Counted from the first letter of the stretch, positions 44,243 through 56,120 are shown. The stretch is 64,000 nt of DNA from an uncultured Candidatus Peribacteria bacterium (GCA_964633955.1 CAZWIA010000001.1:16820-80819), one strand, 5' to 3'. Translations and numbers: made by a program. The notes: generated by a model from the letters alone, not told the origin.

Positions 44243-45979
44243 ATGGATAGCGTGCAGGAGATCAAGTCGCGGCTGCCGATCGAGCAACTGGTAGGCCAGT
44301 ACTGCCAGCTCACCAAGAAGGGCCGCGGCTACGTGTGCCTGTGTCCGTTCCACAATGACGCGCACCCCAGCTTCCTGGTCTCCCCGGACAAGGGGATCGC
44401 CTACTGCTTTGCGTGCAACACGGGCGGGGACATCTTCAGCTTCTACCAGAAGATTGAGGGCGTGGACTTCCCGCAGGCGCTCCGGGAGCTGGCGGAGAAG
44501 GCGGGTGTGCAGCTTCCGGAGCGCGAGCACCGGTCGGGTCCCAGGAAGGGGGAGAAGGACCGCGCGCGGGAGTGCCTGCAGGCGGCGGCAGCGTTCTACC
44601 GGGAACAGCTGGGGAAATCCGAGCTCGCGCGCCAGTACCTTGAGCGCCGGAAGGTGCCACAGGAGCAGATCGACCAGTTCATGCTGGGCTACGCGCCGGA
44701 TTCATTCACGCAGACCTACGAGCACCTGCTCAAGCAGGGGTTCAGCCGCACGGAGATCGTGGCGGCGGGGCTGGGCGGCCAGAAGGAACTGGAGGGCAAG
44801 ATCTACGACCGGTTCCGGAACCGCCTCATGTTCGCCATCACGGACGGACAGGGACAGCTGGCGGGCTTTGGCGGGAGAACGCTGGGCCAGGATGACGCCA
44901 AGTACATCAACTCTCCGGAGGGCATCCTCTACAATAAATCCCAGATCCTCTTTGGCCACTTCCAGGCGCGGGACGCGATCAGGGAGAGCGGCGCGGTCAT
45001 TCTGGTGGAGGGGTACTTTGACGTGCTGGCCTGCCATCGGGCGGGTGTGAAGAACGTGGTGGCGGTCAGCGGCACGGCGCTCACGGAGCAGCACGCGCGG
45101 CTCTTGCGGCGCACGTGCAAGACGGTGACGCTGTGCCTAGACCAAGACCGCGCGGGCCGGGCTGCCGCCGATCGGGCCTTCACCATCCTCTCTCCGCAGG
45201 ATCTGCTCGTGTGCGGAGCGGTGCTGCCGGGCAAGGATCCGGCGGAGATCGCGGAGCAGGATACGGAGCGGCTCAAAGCTATCCTCACCCAGGAGCATCT
45301 GCCGTACATCGATCTCCTCCTGTCCGAGCTGCGGACGCAGGATCTCCTCTCCGCACCCGTGAAGGCCGCGGCCATTGAGCGGCTCATTCCGCTCCTCCAG
45401 TCCATCGGTCGGCCGGCCCTCCAGGAGGCGGCTGTGCACAAGGCCGGCAATATCCTGAACGCGGACATGCAGGCGGAGCTCAAGCACGCGGCAGTGGGCG
45501 GGCACGGGCCGCGCCCGGCGTGGCACGCGGCCCGGCCGGCCATGAAGGGGGATGCCTATACGCGAACGGAGGTGACCTTAGGGATCTTCCTCCTCTACCC
45601 CGCTCAGTGGCCCCTGCTCACGGAGCTGATCCGCCCGGATGATCCGTTTGGATCCGCGCTCTATGATGCCATGTGCGCGGTGTGCGCGGTGCCGGAGCGC
45701 GAACGGCCCCCGCTTGATCTCCCTCAGGAGATGAGGGACAAGGTGGCCATCTTGCAGCTCTACTGCGAGGAGCACGGCTTTGGGGACTGGTCCGAGGCCA
45801 ACGCCATCCGGGAGATCCGCAAGAACTGCCTCATGGCCAACCGGGAGTTCCTGGACCGCAAGAAGCGGGACGTGCTGCGGCGGCTGCGGGAGGCCCAGGC
45901 GGCGGGGCAGGCGGAAGCGGAACAGCGGCTGGCGGAGGAATACGGTGAGGTGCTGGGCATGATGCGGCGGGTGGGCTAG
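44243..45979 (+). CDS. dnaG: DNA primase
   Basis: Zinc finger CLCPFHNDAHPSFLVSPDKGIAYCFACNTGGD; TOPRIM ILVEGYFDVL...LCLDQDRAG. Confidence 0.93.
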   Translation: MDSVQEIKSRLPIEQLVGQYCQLTKKGRGYVCLCPFHNDAHPSFLVSPDKGIAYCFACNTGGDIFSFYQKIEGVDFPQALRELAEKAGVQLPEREHRSGPRKGEKDRARECLQAAAAFYREQLGKSELARQYLERRKVPQEQIDQFMLGYAPDSFTQTYEHLLKQGFSRTEIVAAGLGGQKELEGKIYDRFRNRLMFAITDGQGQLAGFGGRTLGQDDAKYINSPEGILYNKSQILFGHFQARDAIRESGAVILVEGYFDVLACHRAGVKNVVAVSGTALTEQHARLLRRTCKTVTLCLDQDRAGRAAADRAFTILSPQDLLVCGAVLPGKDPAEIAEQDTERLKAILTQEHLPYIDLLLSELRTQDLLSAPVKAAAIERLIPLLQSIGRPALQEAAVHKAGNILNADMQAELKHAAVGGHGPRPAWHAARPAMKGDAYTRTEVTLGIFLLYPAQWPLLTELIRPDDPFGSALYDAMCAVCAVPERERPPLDLPQEMRDKVAILQLYCEEHGFGDWSEANAIREIRKNCLMANREFLDRKKRDVLRRLREAQAAGQAEAEQRLAEEYGEVLGMMRRVG

Positions 45980-45981
45980 CA

Positions 45982-46046
45982 GGTTACGAGTTTGGAGTTA
46001 CAAGTTATGCCGCCCAACTCGTAACTCGATACTTGTAACTCGTACC
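45982..46046. repeat. GTTACGAG-word palindrome after dnaG
   Basis: ggttacgagtttggagttacaagtt pairs with aactcgtaactcgatacttgtaactcgtacc. Same word family as 2022-2100. Confidence 0.5.
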
Positions 46047-46256
46047 TTCACATGTCTCCATTTGCCAATCCGTCATCCCTTCCAGTAGTATTCCCGCGCA
46101 CATAGAGGCTCCGACCGTTCCCGCGCTGCATGCGCCCATGGCATTACGCAATATAAAGTGTGAAGGTCAAGGATCCCTCAGCGTTTCCCTTTTGTCCTGC
46201 GCGCGGGGCACTGTACCCTAACTCGCGCCCGGGGCTCGCCCGTTTTTCCCCTGCCT

Positions 46257-47768
<1,512 letters not shown>

Positions 47769-48002
47769 GCAGCCGCACAGTTTGTCACCCTGAGGTGGCC
47801 TGCACTGGCTCGCAGCTCAGCGAATGATGAGAGGATTCCCTCTGTCATGATGCGGGCCCTCGAAGGGTGATCTGAGGGGGAACGACCAAACTCGTTTTCC
47901 AACAACGCCGCACCCATGAAAGGGCGCTGCTGCGGGCAATCGTTATTCCCACTACCAGTAGCGGCATGGTGAGCCAGGTCGAACCACGTGGCCGCGGGTG
48001 TG

Positions 48003-48036
48003 AAACGAAAAACCACCCCGGCCCAGGCCGGGGTGG
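48003..48036 (-). terminator. Rho-independent terminator (minus strand)
   Basis: ccaccccggcc / ggccggggtgg stem, followed on the minus strand by tttttcgttt. Confidence 0.6.
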
Positions 48037-48398
48037 GGTGCGGAGGCCGTCAGGCCTTCATGTCGATGCATGTTATCGGAGCAATGTGGATGGCCGTTCC
48101 CAGAACGAGATGGTCAGGTAACTCCTTCTCCACGACGTGCGGCTGGCTTTTGTAACTGAACGAAGGGGCGGGGATGGACATCCGCCGTCTCGCATGCCTG
48201 GTGCCCCCAGAGCTTGGTGGTTGGAAGCCTGAAATGGCCCGAAGCACCGCATGTGACGAGGTGGTTTCTATTCCAGAGCCAATGCTCCCGCTTAAACCGC
48301 GCATGCGCCTCCACGAATGCGATGAGTACGCCGATCACGACCAATAAAGAACACAAAAAGTGTTCAATTTATACCTCTTCATGATGCTGTGTAATGTT

Positions 48399-48467
48399 TG
48401 GAGGGAGGAGGAATCGAACCTCCGCGGTCGGCCTAAGGCCGATGCTCTACCACTGAGCTACCCCTCC
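48399..48467 (-). tRNA. Atypical 69-nt tRNA-like gene; anticodon arm 2 nt short and centred on UUA; no encoded CCA
   Basis: GGAGGGG UA GCUC AGUGGUA GAGC A UCGGCC-UUA-GGCCGA CCGC GGAGG UUCGAUU CCUCC UCCCUCC A. Confidence 0.5.
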
Positions 48468-48611
48468 GGTCTTTCCCCTTCACTCTCTGCCCAGAGAGGA
48501 AGGACTGCCAGCCTATTCCTCTGTCTGGGTGAGTCAAGTCCAATAGACTTCTTATGCAACAAAATCAACAACTAGCAATTCAAGCTCTTGAGCAGCGCCC
48601 GGGCATCGATC

Positions 48612-51602
48612 ATGAACGGCAAGCCCGCTACACTGCCGCACATGACGCAGTTCACGGAGGAATGCGATCGGCTGAACCCGGCGCAGCGTCTGGCCGTGGA
48701 AACGATTGAAGGCCCGGTGATGGTGGTGGCGGGACCGGGTACCGGCAAGACGCAGGTCTTGGGGATGAGGGTGGCCAACATCCTGCAAAAAACCCAGATG
48801 AGACCGGGGAATATCCTGTGTCTTACCTTCAGTACCAGCGGCGCCGCTGCCATGCGCGAGCGGCTCCGGCGGCTCATCGGGCCGGATGCGTACGGCGTGA
48901 AAGTCAGCACCATTCACGGATTCTGCAATGAGATCATCACCATGCACCCGCAGGTCTTTGAGGATTGGTCCGCCCGGCAGCAGATCACGGACCTGGACCG
49001 CTACCGTGAGTTGAATATGATCATTGATCATATGATGCCGCATCTGGAACTTGTGAATCGCAAACATCCGTATTCACGGACAAAGGATATCCTGTGGCGG
49101 ATCAGCCAGCTGAAGAAGGAGGGAAAAGATGACTTCCAGGAACTAAAGCACATTGCCGACCGGCACGCGGCGCTCATGGCGGAGAAGAGCAAGCCGGGAA
49201 CCAGACAGCATGAGCGCAATCTGCTGCAGGCAAAGAAGTTCCAGGAGCTCGTCACGCTCTACGAGCGCTACCAGGAGATGCTGCGGCGCACAGACCGCTA
49301 TGACTACGACGACATGATCCTGCATGTGCTCCGCGCGCTCCGTGAGGAGGAGTGGATGCTGCAGTCCCTGCAGGAGAAGTACCAGTACGTCTTAGTAGAT
49401 GAGTATCAGGATACCAACGGCGCGCAGGCGCAGTTCATTGAGCTGCTCACTACGTATCCCACGCCGGATGCGGCGCCAAACCTCTTTGCAGTGGGAGATG
49501 ACGATCAGGCCATCTACCGTTTCCAAGGAGCTAATCTCACCAACCTGCTGCAGTTCCATGCGCGGTTCCCGGGAGCGCCGGTGATCGCGCTGACCGTGAA
49601 CTACCGTTCCACGCAGGCCATCCTGGATGCCGCAGGCAGTCTCATCGGCCACAATACTGAGCGGCTCGTCGGTCGGATTCCGGGGCTACAGAAGCAGCTT
49701 CTTGCCGGCGCTGATCCGGGCGGTCAGCCTGAGCCAAAGATGGTCTACGCGGCATCTGACACGGTGGAGCCGTGGCTGGTGGCGGACCTGGTCGCAGAAC
49801 GGCTAGAGCGGGGAGTGGATCCCCAGGAGATTGCCGTCCTCACTTGGACCAACGGCGAGGTTCTTTTGCTGTACGAGGTGCTGCGGGCCAGGAACATCCC
49901 CGTGCAGGTGCAGGGCAAAGTGGATCTCTTGAACCACCCGCTCATCAAGCAGGTCCTGTGCGTCCTGAAGGGGGTGGAGTACCCGCAGGATGACAGCCTG
50001 CTGCGCGATGCGATCGCGTGCGAGCGGCTGGGCTGCCATCCGGCCGATTTGGGGAGACTGTATGTCCTGCGGCGGGAGAGCGGCGGATCGCTGATGGATC
50101 TTCTGCTGAAGATTGAGGTGATCGCCCATGCCGGATCTGTGGCCTTCACGGACTTGGCGTCACTCGTCAAGGCCCGCGATTGCATTCTCAACCTGCATCA
50201 CAGGCGAAGGTCCAGGACGGTCGTGAACACCGTGGAGGCGCTCCTGAGAGACTGCGCTTTTCTGGAAGAGGAGAGGGAGGGAATGATAGATCCGCTAGAG
50301 TTCTCCGCCATCCAAGCCTTCTTCAACCATGTGTGCAGCCGGGCGAACGGCAATCCCGTCTACCAGTTTGGGGACCTGGTGAACGAGCTGGCGCTCTATG
50401 AGAGCCCGGAGTACGGGGACCTGCGCCTGCAGTACGCGGTACCGCGGTTGCATGAGAGCGGCGTGCAACTCATGACCGCCCACCAGAGCAAGGGGCGGGA
50501 ATTTCACACGGTGATCATCACGGATTTCCGCGAGGGGCAGTGGGACGGCCGGCGGACGCCGGCGGCGCTGGCGGTGCCGGAAGATCTCCTCTTTGGCTGG
50601 ACCCGCGACCAGAAAGCCTTTGAGCAGGACCAGGACGAGCGGCGGGTGGCCTTTGTGGCCATGACAAGGGCAAAACGGGAACTGCTCTTCACTTGCCCGC
50701 GCCAAACGGTGAGCGGGGACCGTGCCAGGCCCGTATCTCCCAGTGGCTTCTTTGCCCAGGCGGGCACGCTGCCGGAGGAGGAGCGGGAAGTGCGGGATGG
50801 CGATCTTGCCTCGCTCCTGATCGTGCGGCCCGTGCGGGACCTCTCCGCCGAGGAACGCGCGTTCCTCCGTGAGCAGCTGGAGCACTTCAGCCTGTCTCCC
50901 ACGGCGCTCAATCACTTCCTGGAGGATCCGCGGCTCTTCCTGGAGCGTGATCTGCTGCGCGCTCCGCAGCCGCTGCAGCCGGAGTTCCTGTTTGGCTCCG
51001 CCATGCACCGGGCGCTGCAGGCGTGGGGCATGTCCGTCCAGCAGGGGCAGCCCCTGGGGCGGGAGGAGGTGTTCTCCGTCTTTGAGCGGACGGTGATGGA
51101 GACCGGGGTGGCCACCGAGCAGCTCCGGCGGGCGCTGGTGGAGGACGGCCGGGACGTGCTCCCACGCTACTACGATGCATGCTTGGCGGTGTCCCGTCCG
51201 TTCATCGACCGGTTGGAATCCACGCTCACGGCGCAGCTCACGGATCCTGAGCGCCCGGATCTGCCCGGCATCCCGCTCAAGGGCAAAGTGGACCGCGTGG
51301 ACCGGTTGGATGCGGATTCCTCCTTGGCCACCGTGTGGGACTACAAGACCGGCGCCTCCAAGACGGAGAAGGAGATCCGGGAAGGAGACCTCTACCGCCA
51401 GATCACGTTCTACTCCCTGCTGTTTGACGCCGGCAACATGCTGCTCACGCCGCAGTCCTTCATCCTGGAGTTCCTGGGAGGCAAGGCGGAGTCTCCCGTC
51501 TCCCGCGTGTTCCAGATTCCGGAAACCGATCGCCAGGATCTCACCCGGGTGATCCGCGCCGTCTGGACCAAGATCCAAGCGCTGGATTTCACGCCGCTGT
51601 GA
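48612..51602 (+). CDS. UvrD/PcrA-family helicase fused to a C-terminal PD-(D/E)xK (RecB-like) nuclease
   Basis: LNPAQRLAVETIEGPVMVVAGPGTGKT; VLVDEYQDTNGAQ; MTAHQSKGREF; C-terminal GKVDRVDRL...VWDYKTG...LYRQITFYSLL. Confidence 0.85.
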   Translation: MNGKPATLPHMTQFTEECDRLNPAQRLAVETIEGPVMVVAGPGTGKTQVLGMRVANILQKTQMRPGNILCLTFSTSGAAAMRERLRRLIGPDAYGVKVSTIHGFCNEIITMHPQVFEDWSARQQITDLDRYRELNMIIDHMMPHLELVNRKHPYSRTKDILWRISQLKKEGKDDFQELKHIADRHAALMAEKSKPGTRQHERNLLQAKKFQELVTLYERYQEMLRRTDRYDYDDMILHVLRALREEEWMLQSLQEKYQYVLVDEYQDTNGAQAQFIELLTTYPTPDAAPNLFAVGDDDQAIYRFQGANLTNLLQFHARFPGAPVIALTVNYRSTQAILDAAGSLIGHNTERLVGRIPGLQKQLLAGADPGGQPEPKMVYAASDTVEPWLVADLVAERLERGVDPQEIAVLTWTNGEVLLLYEVLRARNIPVQVQGKVDLLNHPLIKQVLCVLKGVEYPQDDSLLRDAIACERLGCHPADLGRLYVLRRESGGSLMDLLLKIEVIAHAGSVAFTDLASLVKARDCILNLHHRRRSRTVVNTVEALLRDCAFLEEEREGMIDPLEFSAIQAFFNHVCSRANGNPVYQFGDLVNELALYESPEYGDLRLQYAVPRLHESGVQLMTAHQSKGREFHTVIITDFREGQWDGRRTPAALAVPEDLLFGWTRDQKAFEQDQDERRVAFVAMTRAKRELLFTCPRQTVSGDRARPVSPSGFFAQAGTLPEEEREVRDGDLASLLIVRPVRDLSAEERAFLREQLEHFSLSPTALNHFLEDPRLFLERDLLRAPQPLQPEFLFGSAMHRALQAWGMSVQQGQPLGREEVFSVFERTVMETGVATEQLRRALVEDGRDVLPRYYDACLAVSRPFIDRLESTLTAQLTDPERPDLPGIPLKGKVDRVDRLDADSSLATVWDYKTGASKTEKEIREGDLYRQITFYSLLFDAGNMLLTPQSFILEFLGGKAESPVSRVFQIPETDRQDLTRVIRAVWTKIQALDFTPL

Positions 51603-51636
51603 GTGATGCGTCCGCAGTTGCACGTCCCCATCCTTC

Positions 51637-53904
51637 CTACACCTCCGCCACCGGCTCGCCGGCTAGCCGGTCGATGTACACTTTGCGCGGCTTGGCGCCC
51701 TCCGCCGGGCCGATCAGGTTCTTCTCTTCCATGATATCTAAGAGCCGCGCTGCCCGGGCGTAGCCCACCTTCAGCTGCCGCTGCAGCAAGGAAGCCGATG
51801 CCTTGCCGGTGGACTGGACCACGCGGACGGCCTCAAAGAAGAGGTCATCCCCGCCGTTGTCATCCGCCTCCAGGTCAATGTATCCCTGGGTCGGTCCGCC
51901 TTCTTCTTCCCCTTCTTCCACCGGACTCAGGCCGATTTGCTCCGTGACCCGGCCGCCGCCGGCAATCTTCACCGCGTTGATCACCCGTTCCACCTCCTTG
52001 CTAGAGGTGAAGATGCCCTGGATGCGGATGGGCTTGGGGGTGGTGGCATCCATGAAGAGCATGTCGCCTTTGCCTAGGAGGTCCTCCGCGCCAATGCCGT
52101 CTAAGATGGTGCGGCTGTCCACGGCGGAAACCACGCGGAAGGCGATGCGCGTGGGGATGTTGGCCTTGATGAGGCCGGTGATCACGTCCACGGACGGCCG
52201 CTGCGTGGCGATGATGAGGTGCATGCCCACCGCCCGGGCCATCTGCGCTATCCGCGCGATCATGGTCTCCGTGTCCCGCCGGAACTGGCGCATCATGAGG
52301 TCCGCCAGCTCGTCCACCACCACCACCACCCGCGGCAGCATGTCCTCCTCCCGGCTCTGCTTCTCGTTGAATTCGTCTATATTGCGGGCGCCCTGCTCGG
52401 AGAAGCGGTGGAGCCGCCGGCCCATCTCCGCCACCGCCCAGCGGAGCGCCTGCAGCGCTTTCTCCGCTTCCGTGATCACGGGCGTGAGGAGGTGCGGGAT
52501 GCCGTCGTAGGGCATGAGCTCCACGCGCTTGGGATCGATCAGGATGAACTTGAGCTCATGCGGGGCGTTCTGGAAGAGGAGGGACGTGAGGAACGTGTTC
52601 ATGCAGACGGACTTCCCGGAACCGGTGGCGCCGGCAATGAGCAAGTGCGGCATCTTGTCCAGCGCCACCACCACCGCTTCCCCGGACACGTCCCGGCCCA
52701 GCGGCAGGGACAGCGGAGAGGAGCTCTGCACAAATTCCGGACTGTCCTGGATCTCCCGGAGGTGCACGGTGGTCCGCTCCCGGTTGGGCATCTCTATGCC
52801 CACCAGGGACTTCCCGGGGATGGGCGCCTCAATGCGCAAGCTCTGCGCGGCCAGGGCCAGGGCCAGGTCGTCTTTCAAACTGCCGATCTTGCTGAGCTTC
52901 ACCCCCTCCGCCGGCTGCAGCGTGAACTGCGTCACGGTGGGGCCGGGGCGGGCGTCCTTCACGGTCACATCTATGCCAAACTCTCCCAGCTTCTCCTCAA
53001 TCAGCTTGGCCTGCTTCTTAAGCTCGTCGTCATCCACGGCTAGCACGGTCTCCGCGTCATCCAGGAGGTCAAAGCTGGGGAACGTCCACTCCTCGTACCG
53101 CGTGTCTTTCATCTCCAGAACGTCCTGGACCTTGCGCTTCACCGCCGTCTTGTCCTTGTCTTTCCCCACCTTGGCCCGGGCGAACGTGGGCCGCACGATG
53201 TTCAGCGCCGGCGCGTCCTGCTCCTCTTCCACCAGATCCTCTTCCTCATCCTCCGTCTCGTCTTCCTCCTCATCCTCCGCCATGCTCACGGCCGCGCCGC
53301 GCCGTCTGGCCGGCCGCTCCTGCGAATGGGGAGAGAGGAATGCGCGCAAGGACGCCGCCATGCCGGCCACATCCGGTTCAAACGATACGAAGAGTCCGAT
53401 CAAAAACGCGCAGCTAAGCACGGCAAATCCCGCCGGCACGGACAGCCAGGCAACAAACGGCAGGCTGATGATCCAGCCCACGGCGCCCGCCAGTTCGTCC
53501 ATCCGGTCGCCGATCTCCCGGATGGGCGCGGGGCTTCCCAGGACGCCGTAGAGGTGCATGAGCCCCAGGAAAGAGAGGCCCAGGAGCGTGAGGCCCACGG
53601 TCCGGTTGCGGATGAAGCGCCGATCCGGCGCCAGGATGGACACCAGCCCGGAGGCCAGGAAGTACAACGGCAGAATCAGGCTGTAGGCGCCAAAGAGCGC
53701 CGTGAGGACGCCGCGGACCCGGTCGCCCATGACTCCCGCCTGGCGCTGCAGGGCCAAAAGCAGTACCGCCGCCAGGCAGAGTTGCAGGACGCCCATGATG
53801 GCCGATCGCGTGCTGGATTTGAGATCCAGCGGCGGCGTGATCACCGCCTTCTTCCGCTTCTTGGGCATGGTCCCAAGTGTACTAGAGCGGCGGTAGAGAG
53901 CCAA
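51637..53904 (-). CDS. ftsK: DNA translocase FtsK/SpoIIIE
   Basis: N-terminal TM helices; HLLIAGATGSGKSVCMN; VVVVDELADLMM; C-terminal gamma wHTH SASLLQRQLKVGYARAARLLD. Confidence 0.93.
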   Translation of the reverse strand: MALYRRSSTLGTMPKKRKKAVITPPLDLKSSTRSAIMGVLQLCLAAVLLLALQRQAGVMGDRVRGVLTALFGAYSLILPLYFLASGLVSILAPDRRFIRNRTVGLTLLGLSFLGLMHLYGVLGSPAPIREIGDRMDELAGAVGWIISLPFVAWLSVPAGFAVLSCAFLIGLFVSFEPDVAGMAASLRAFLSPHSQERPARRRGAAVSMAEDEEEDETEDEEEDLVEEEQDAPALNIVRPTFARAKVGKDKDKTAVKRKVQDVLEMKDTRYEEWTFPSFDLLDDAETVLAVDDDELKKQAKLIEEKLGEFGIDVTVKDARPGPTVTQFTLQPAEGVKLSKIGSLKDDLALALAAQSLRIEAPIPGKSLVGIEMPNRERTTVHLREIQDSPEFVQSSSPLSLPLGRDVSGEAVVVALDKMPHLLIAGATGSGKSVCMNTFLTSLLFQNAPHELKFILIDPKRVELMPYDGIPHLLTPVITEAEKALQALRWAVAEMGRRLHRFSEQGARNIDEFNEKQSREEDMLPRVVVVVDELADLMMRQFRRDTETMIARIAQMARAVGMHLIIATQRPSVDVITGLIKANIPTRIAFRVVSAVDSRTILDGIGAEDLLGKGDMLFMDATTPKPIRIQGIFTSSKEVERVINAVKIAGGGRVTEQIGLSPVEEGEEEGGPTQGYIDLEADDNGGDDLFFEAVRVVQSTGKASASLLQRQLKVGYARAARLLDIMEEKNLIGPAEGAKPRKVYIDRLAGEPVAEV

Positions 53905-54007
53905 TCGTTATCGGGTGGCGGGGAGGGAAAACTCCGGATGTGGAAAGAAGAAATCCGACATGAGGGATGAAGCGATCATGTTGCCGCTCTGTTTGCCGGT
54001 CTGTTCA

Positions 54008-54089
54008 CCGGGGGTTTAACCCGCGCAGCGGAAATCTCGGGAGCTTGCTCCCGAGTGCACGCTTCAAGGCTCTCGATTTAAACCCCCGG
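54008..54089. repeat. Nested long hairpin upstream of ftsK
   Basis: Outer stem ccgggggtttaa / ttaaacccccgg; inner stem ctcgggagc / gctcccgag (54036-54055). Confidence 0.5.
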
Positions 54090-54110
54090 TTAACCGATCT
54101 TGGCGCCCAG

Positions 54111-54644
54111 TCAGGCGTACTTCCACTCCTCGCCTTCATCATCGTCGTCATCCACGTTCAACCTGAAATCCTTGGCAGTATTCCGGAAGCGCTGGACGTG
54201 TTGCACGATCAGGCTCCGTTGGCGACGCAGGAGAAGGAGCTGGCACAGCTGCGCCTGCAGCTGTCCGTTGCCGTTCTCCAGACAGCGGGAAACGACCGGC
54301 AAGCGGGCGGCCATGCGGCGGCAGGCGAGCCGCTGGCAGAGCTGCAGGAATTCCTGCGTATCGCGTTTGCGCGCTTCTTTACACCAGTTGATGAGTCCTT
54401 CCAGCACGCGGTCCCAGGAAAAGTATCCATGTTGATCGGACTCCACCTTGAGTGCACAGAGCCGTCCGTGAAGGTCTTCCGCCAGCCGCGCGTCGTCACA
54501 AGCTTGCCAGCTGTAGGCAAACGCACCATCTGGCTCTTCCCGCACCTCGAGCGTGAACTTTTTCATCAAGGCATGCAGCTCCTCCAGGAGCTCGCGAATG
54601 CGACCATTGAGTTCTGCGCGGATGACGGGTCGGTCCTCTTCCAT
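54111..54644 (-). CDS. Hypothetical 177-aa protein with acidic C-terminus
   Basis: Coherent ORF antisense to the spurious N-terminal extension of ORF 53967-55529. No motif recognised. Confidence 0.5.
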   Translation of the reverse strand: MEEDRPVIRAELNGRIRELLEELHALMKKFTLEVREEPDGAFAYSWQACDDARLAEDLHGRLCALKVESDQHGYFSWDRVLEGLINWCKEARKRDTQEFLQLCQRLACRRMAARLPVVSRCLENGNGQLQAQLCQLLLLRRQRSLIVQHVQRFRNTAKDFRLNVDDDDDEGEEWKYA

Positions 54645-54653
54645 GACAGGGTG

Positions 54654-55529
54654 ATGATGGTACGCTCCCGGCGTCCACTTTCAACGTCTAGTCTGACCAT
54701 CCTCCTCCTGGGCTCCACCGGCTACCTGGGAAGCCACGTGAAGGCGCGGTTTCCGGACGCGCTCACGCCCCGGGTGGACATCACCGATCGCGCAGCGGTG
54801 GCGGCAGCGCTTGAGTCACTGAAGCCGGACGTCGTCATCAACTGCGCGGGCAAGACGGGCCGGCCCAACGTGGACTGGTGCGAGGATCATAAGTTCGAAA
54901 CTCTGTCAGTGAACGTGACAGGTGCGTTGGTCCTGCTGCAGGAGTGCGCAGCCCGTCACATCCGGCTGGTCCACTACGGTTCAGGGTGCATCTACGCCGG
55001 GGACAATCAAGGAAGGGGATGGAAAGAGGACGATCCGCCCAACTTCTACGGGAGCTTTTACTCCAGAACCAAGGCCTGGAGCGACCAGATGCTCCGCGAG
55101 TTCCCGGATGACGTGCTGAACCTGCGCCTGCGCATGCCGTTTGACGGGTCGGATCATCCGCGGAACCTCATCATGAAATTGTCTCAGTACCGGCGCGTGC
55201 TGGATGAGCCCAATTCCATCACGTCCATTCCGGAGTTAATCAATGTGACGGCGGAGCTGCTTGCGCGTGGCATCACCGGCACCTTCAACGTGGTGAACCC
55301 GGGGCCCATCAGCCCCTACCGGATCATGGAGCTCTATAAGGAGGTGGTGGATCCTGGTCATATGTTTGAACGGCTCACGGCCGATACCTTAGGAGAGGTT
55401 GCCAAGGCGCCGCGCAGTAACTGCATCCTCAATGGCCAGAAGCTTGCGTCGCTCGGCATCCGCCTGACGCCGGCGGAGGCGGCGGTGCGGGGGGCGCTCC
55501 TGGAAATTCGGTCGCGGAAGATCAGTTGA
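54654..55529 (+). CDS. NAD(P)-dependent sugar epimerase/reductase (RmlD-like)
   Basis: ILLLGSTGYLGSHV Rossmann motif; VINCAGKTGRPNVDWCE; YSRTKAWSDQ (YxxxK). Confidence 0.8.
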   Translation: MMVRSRRPLSTSSLTILLLGSTGYLGSHVKARFPDALTPRVDITDRAAVAAALESLKPDVVINCAGKTGRPNVDWCEDHKFETLSVNVTGALVLLQECAARHIRLVHYGSGCIYAGDNQGRGWKEDDPPNFYGSFYSRTKAWSDQMLREFPDDVLNLRLRMPFDGSDHPRNLIMKLSQYRRVLDEPNSITSIPELINVTAELLARGITGTFNVVNPGPISPYRIMELYKEVVDPGHMFERLTADTLGEVAKAPRSNCILNGQKLASLGIRLTPAEAAVRGALLEIRSRKIS

Positions 55530-55572
55530 TAATCGCTGCTATTTGGCAAATATATGTATTATATACGATAAT

Positions 55573-55600
55573 TTGACATATATTTTTAAGTACATATAAT
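55573..55600 (+). promoter_or_regulatory. Consensus sigma-70 promoter TTGACA-16-TATAAT in an AT-rich island
   Basis: Read directly: ttgacatatatttttaagtacatataat. Confidence 0.6.
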
Positions 55601-55774
55601 GCGACCAATAAGAGTCCGTGACTCTGCCAAGCTCCTTCACAGCGTTGAGTGCAAACAGGGTGTGTGGCAATCTCCGCACCGAGGGCTCACAGAGCTCTGG
55701 TTGCGGAGATTCACATTATACCTACCCTAACCGGGCGGCCTCATGGTGGTCGAGATCTCTGAAAGGAGAAAACC

Positions 55775-56077
55775 ATGACGGGGACCTTCGTATACCAGAA
55801 CAACTATGACAGGGCCGACCTGTCGGCCCAACTCGTTAACCTGGAGCTCGAGTCCCACGACCCGGACTAGCTCCAAAGGCTCTTGGAGAGCCATGAGTGG
55901 TGCACCCCAAGGGTCTTGTCGAAAGACAAGATCCGAATCTACATTGGTCGCCAGAGCGACCCGATCGCCGTCTTAGAGGGAATGGCAGCGTACGTCGTCG
56001 AACCCGGGAACGACGACCACGCTGGCCGCCTGGAGGTCAAGACCTCCAGGTTGCTGATTGTCAGCAGAAGGAAATAG
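55775..56077 (+). other. One reading frame of 31 + 68 codons interrupted by a single in-frame TAG (55868-55870)
   Basis: A strong SD (gaaaggagaaaacc) precedes the ATG at 55775. The listed ORF 55883-56077 is in the same frame. Confidence 0.35.
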
Positions 56078-56120
56078 GGCGGGCCTTGGCCCGCTCAACG
56101 CACTCAACCAGAAGGAGCCA

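Noticed and set aside
47769-48002. Possible small RNA gene (SRP, 6S or similar) in the 230-bp gap after rpoD.
   Set aside because: I could identify no diagnostic motif, such as the SRP domain IV sequence. Only the terminator at 48003-48036 is supported.
53967-54653. N-terminal 229 aa of the listed 520-aa ORF 53967-55529.
   Set aside because: The Rossmann motif ILLLGSTGYLG of the RmlD-like enzyme begins right after the ATGs at 54654 and 54657. The upstream part is antisense to a more protein-like minus-strand ORF (54111-54644).
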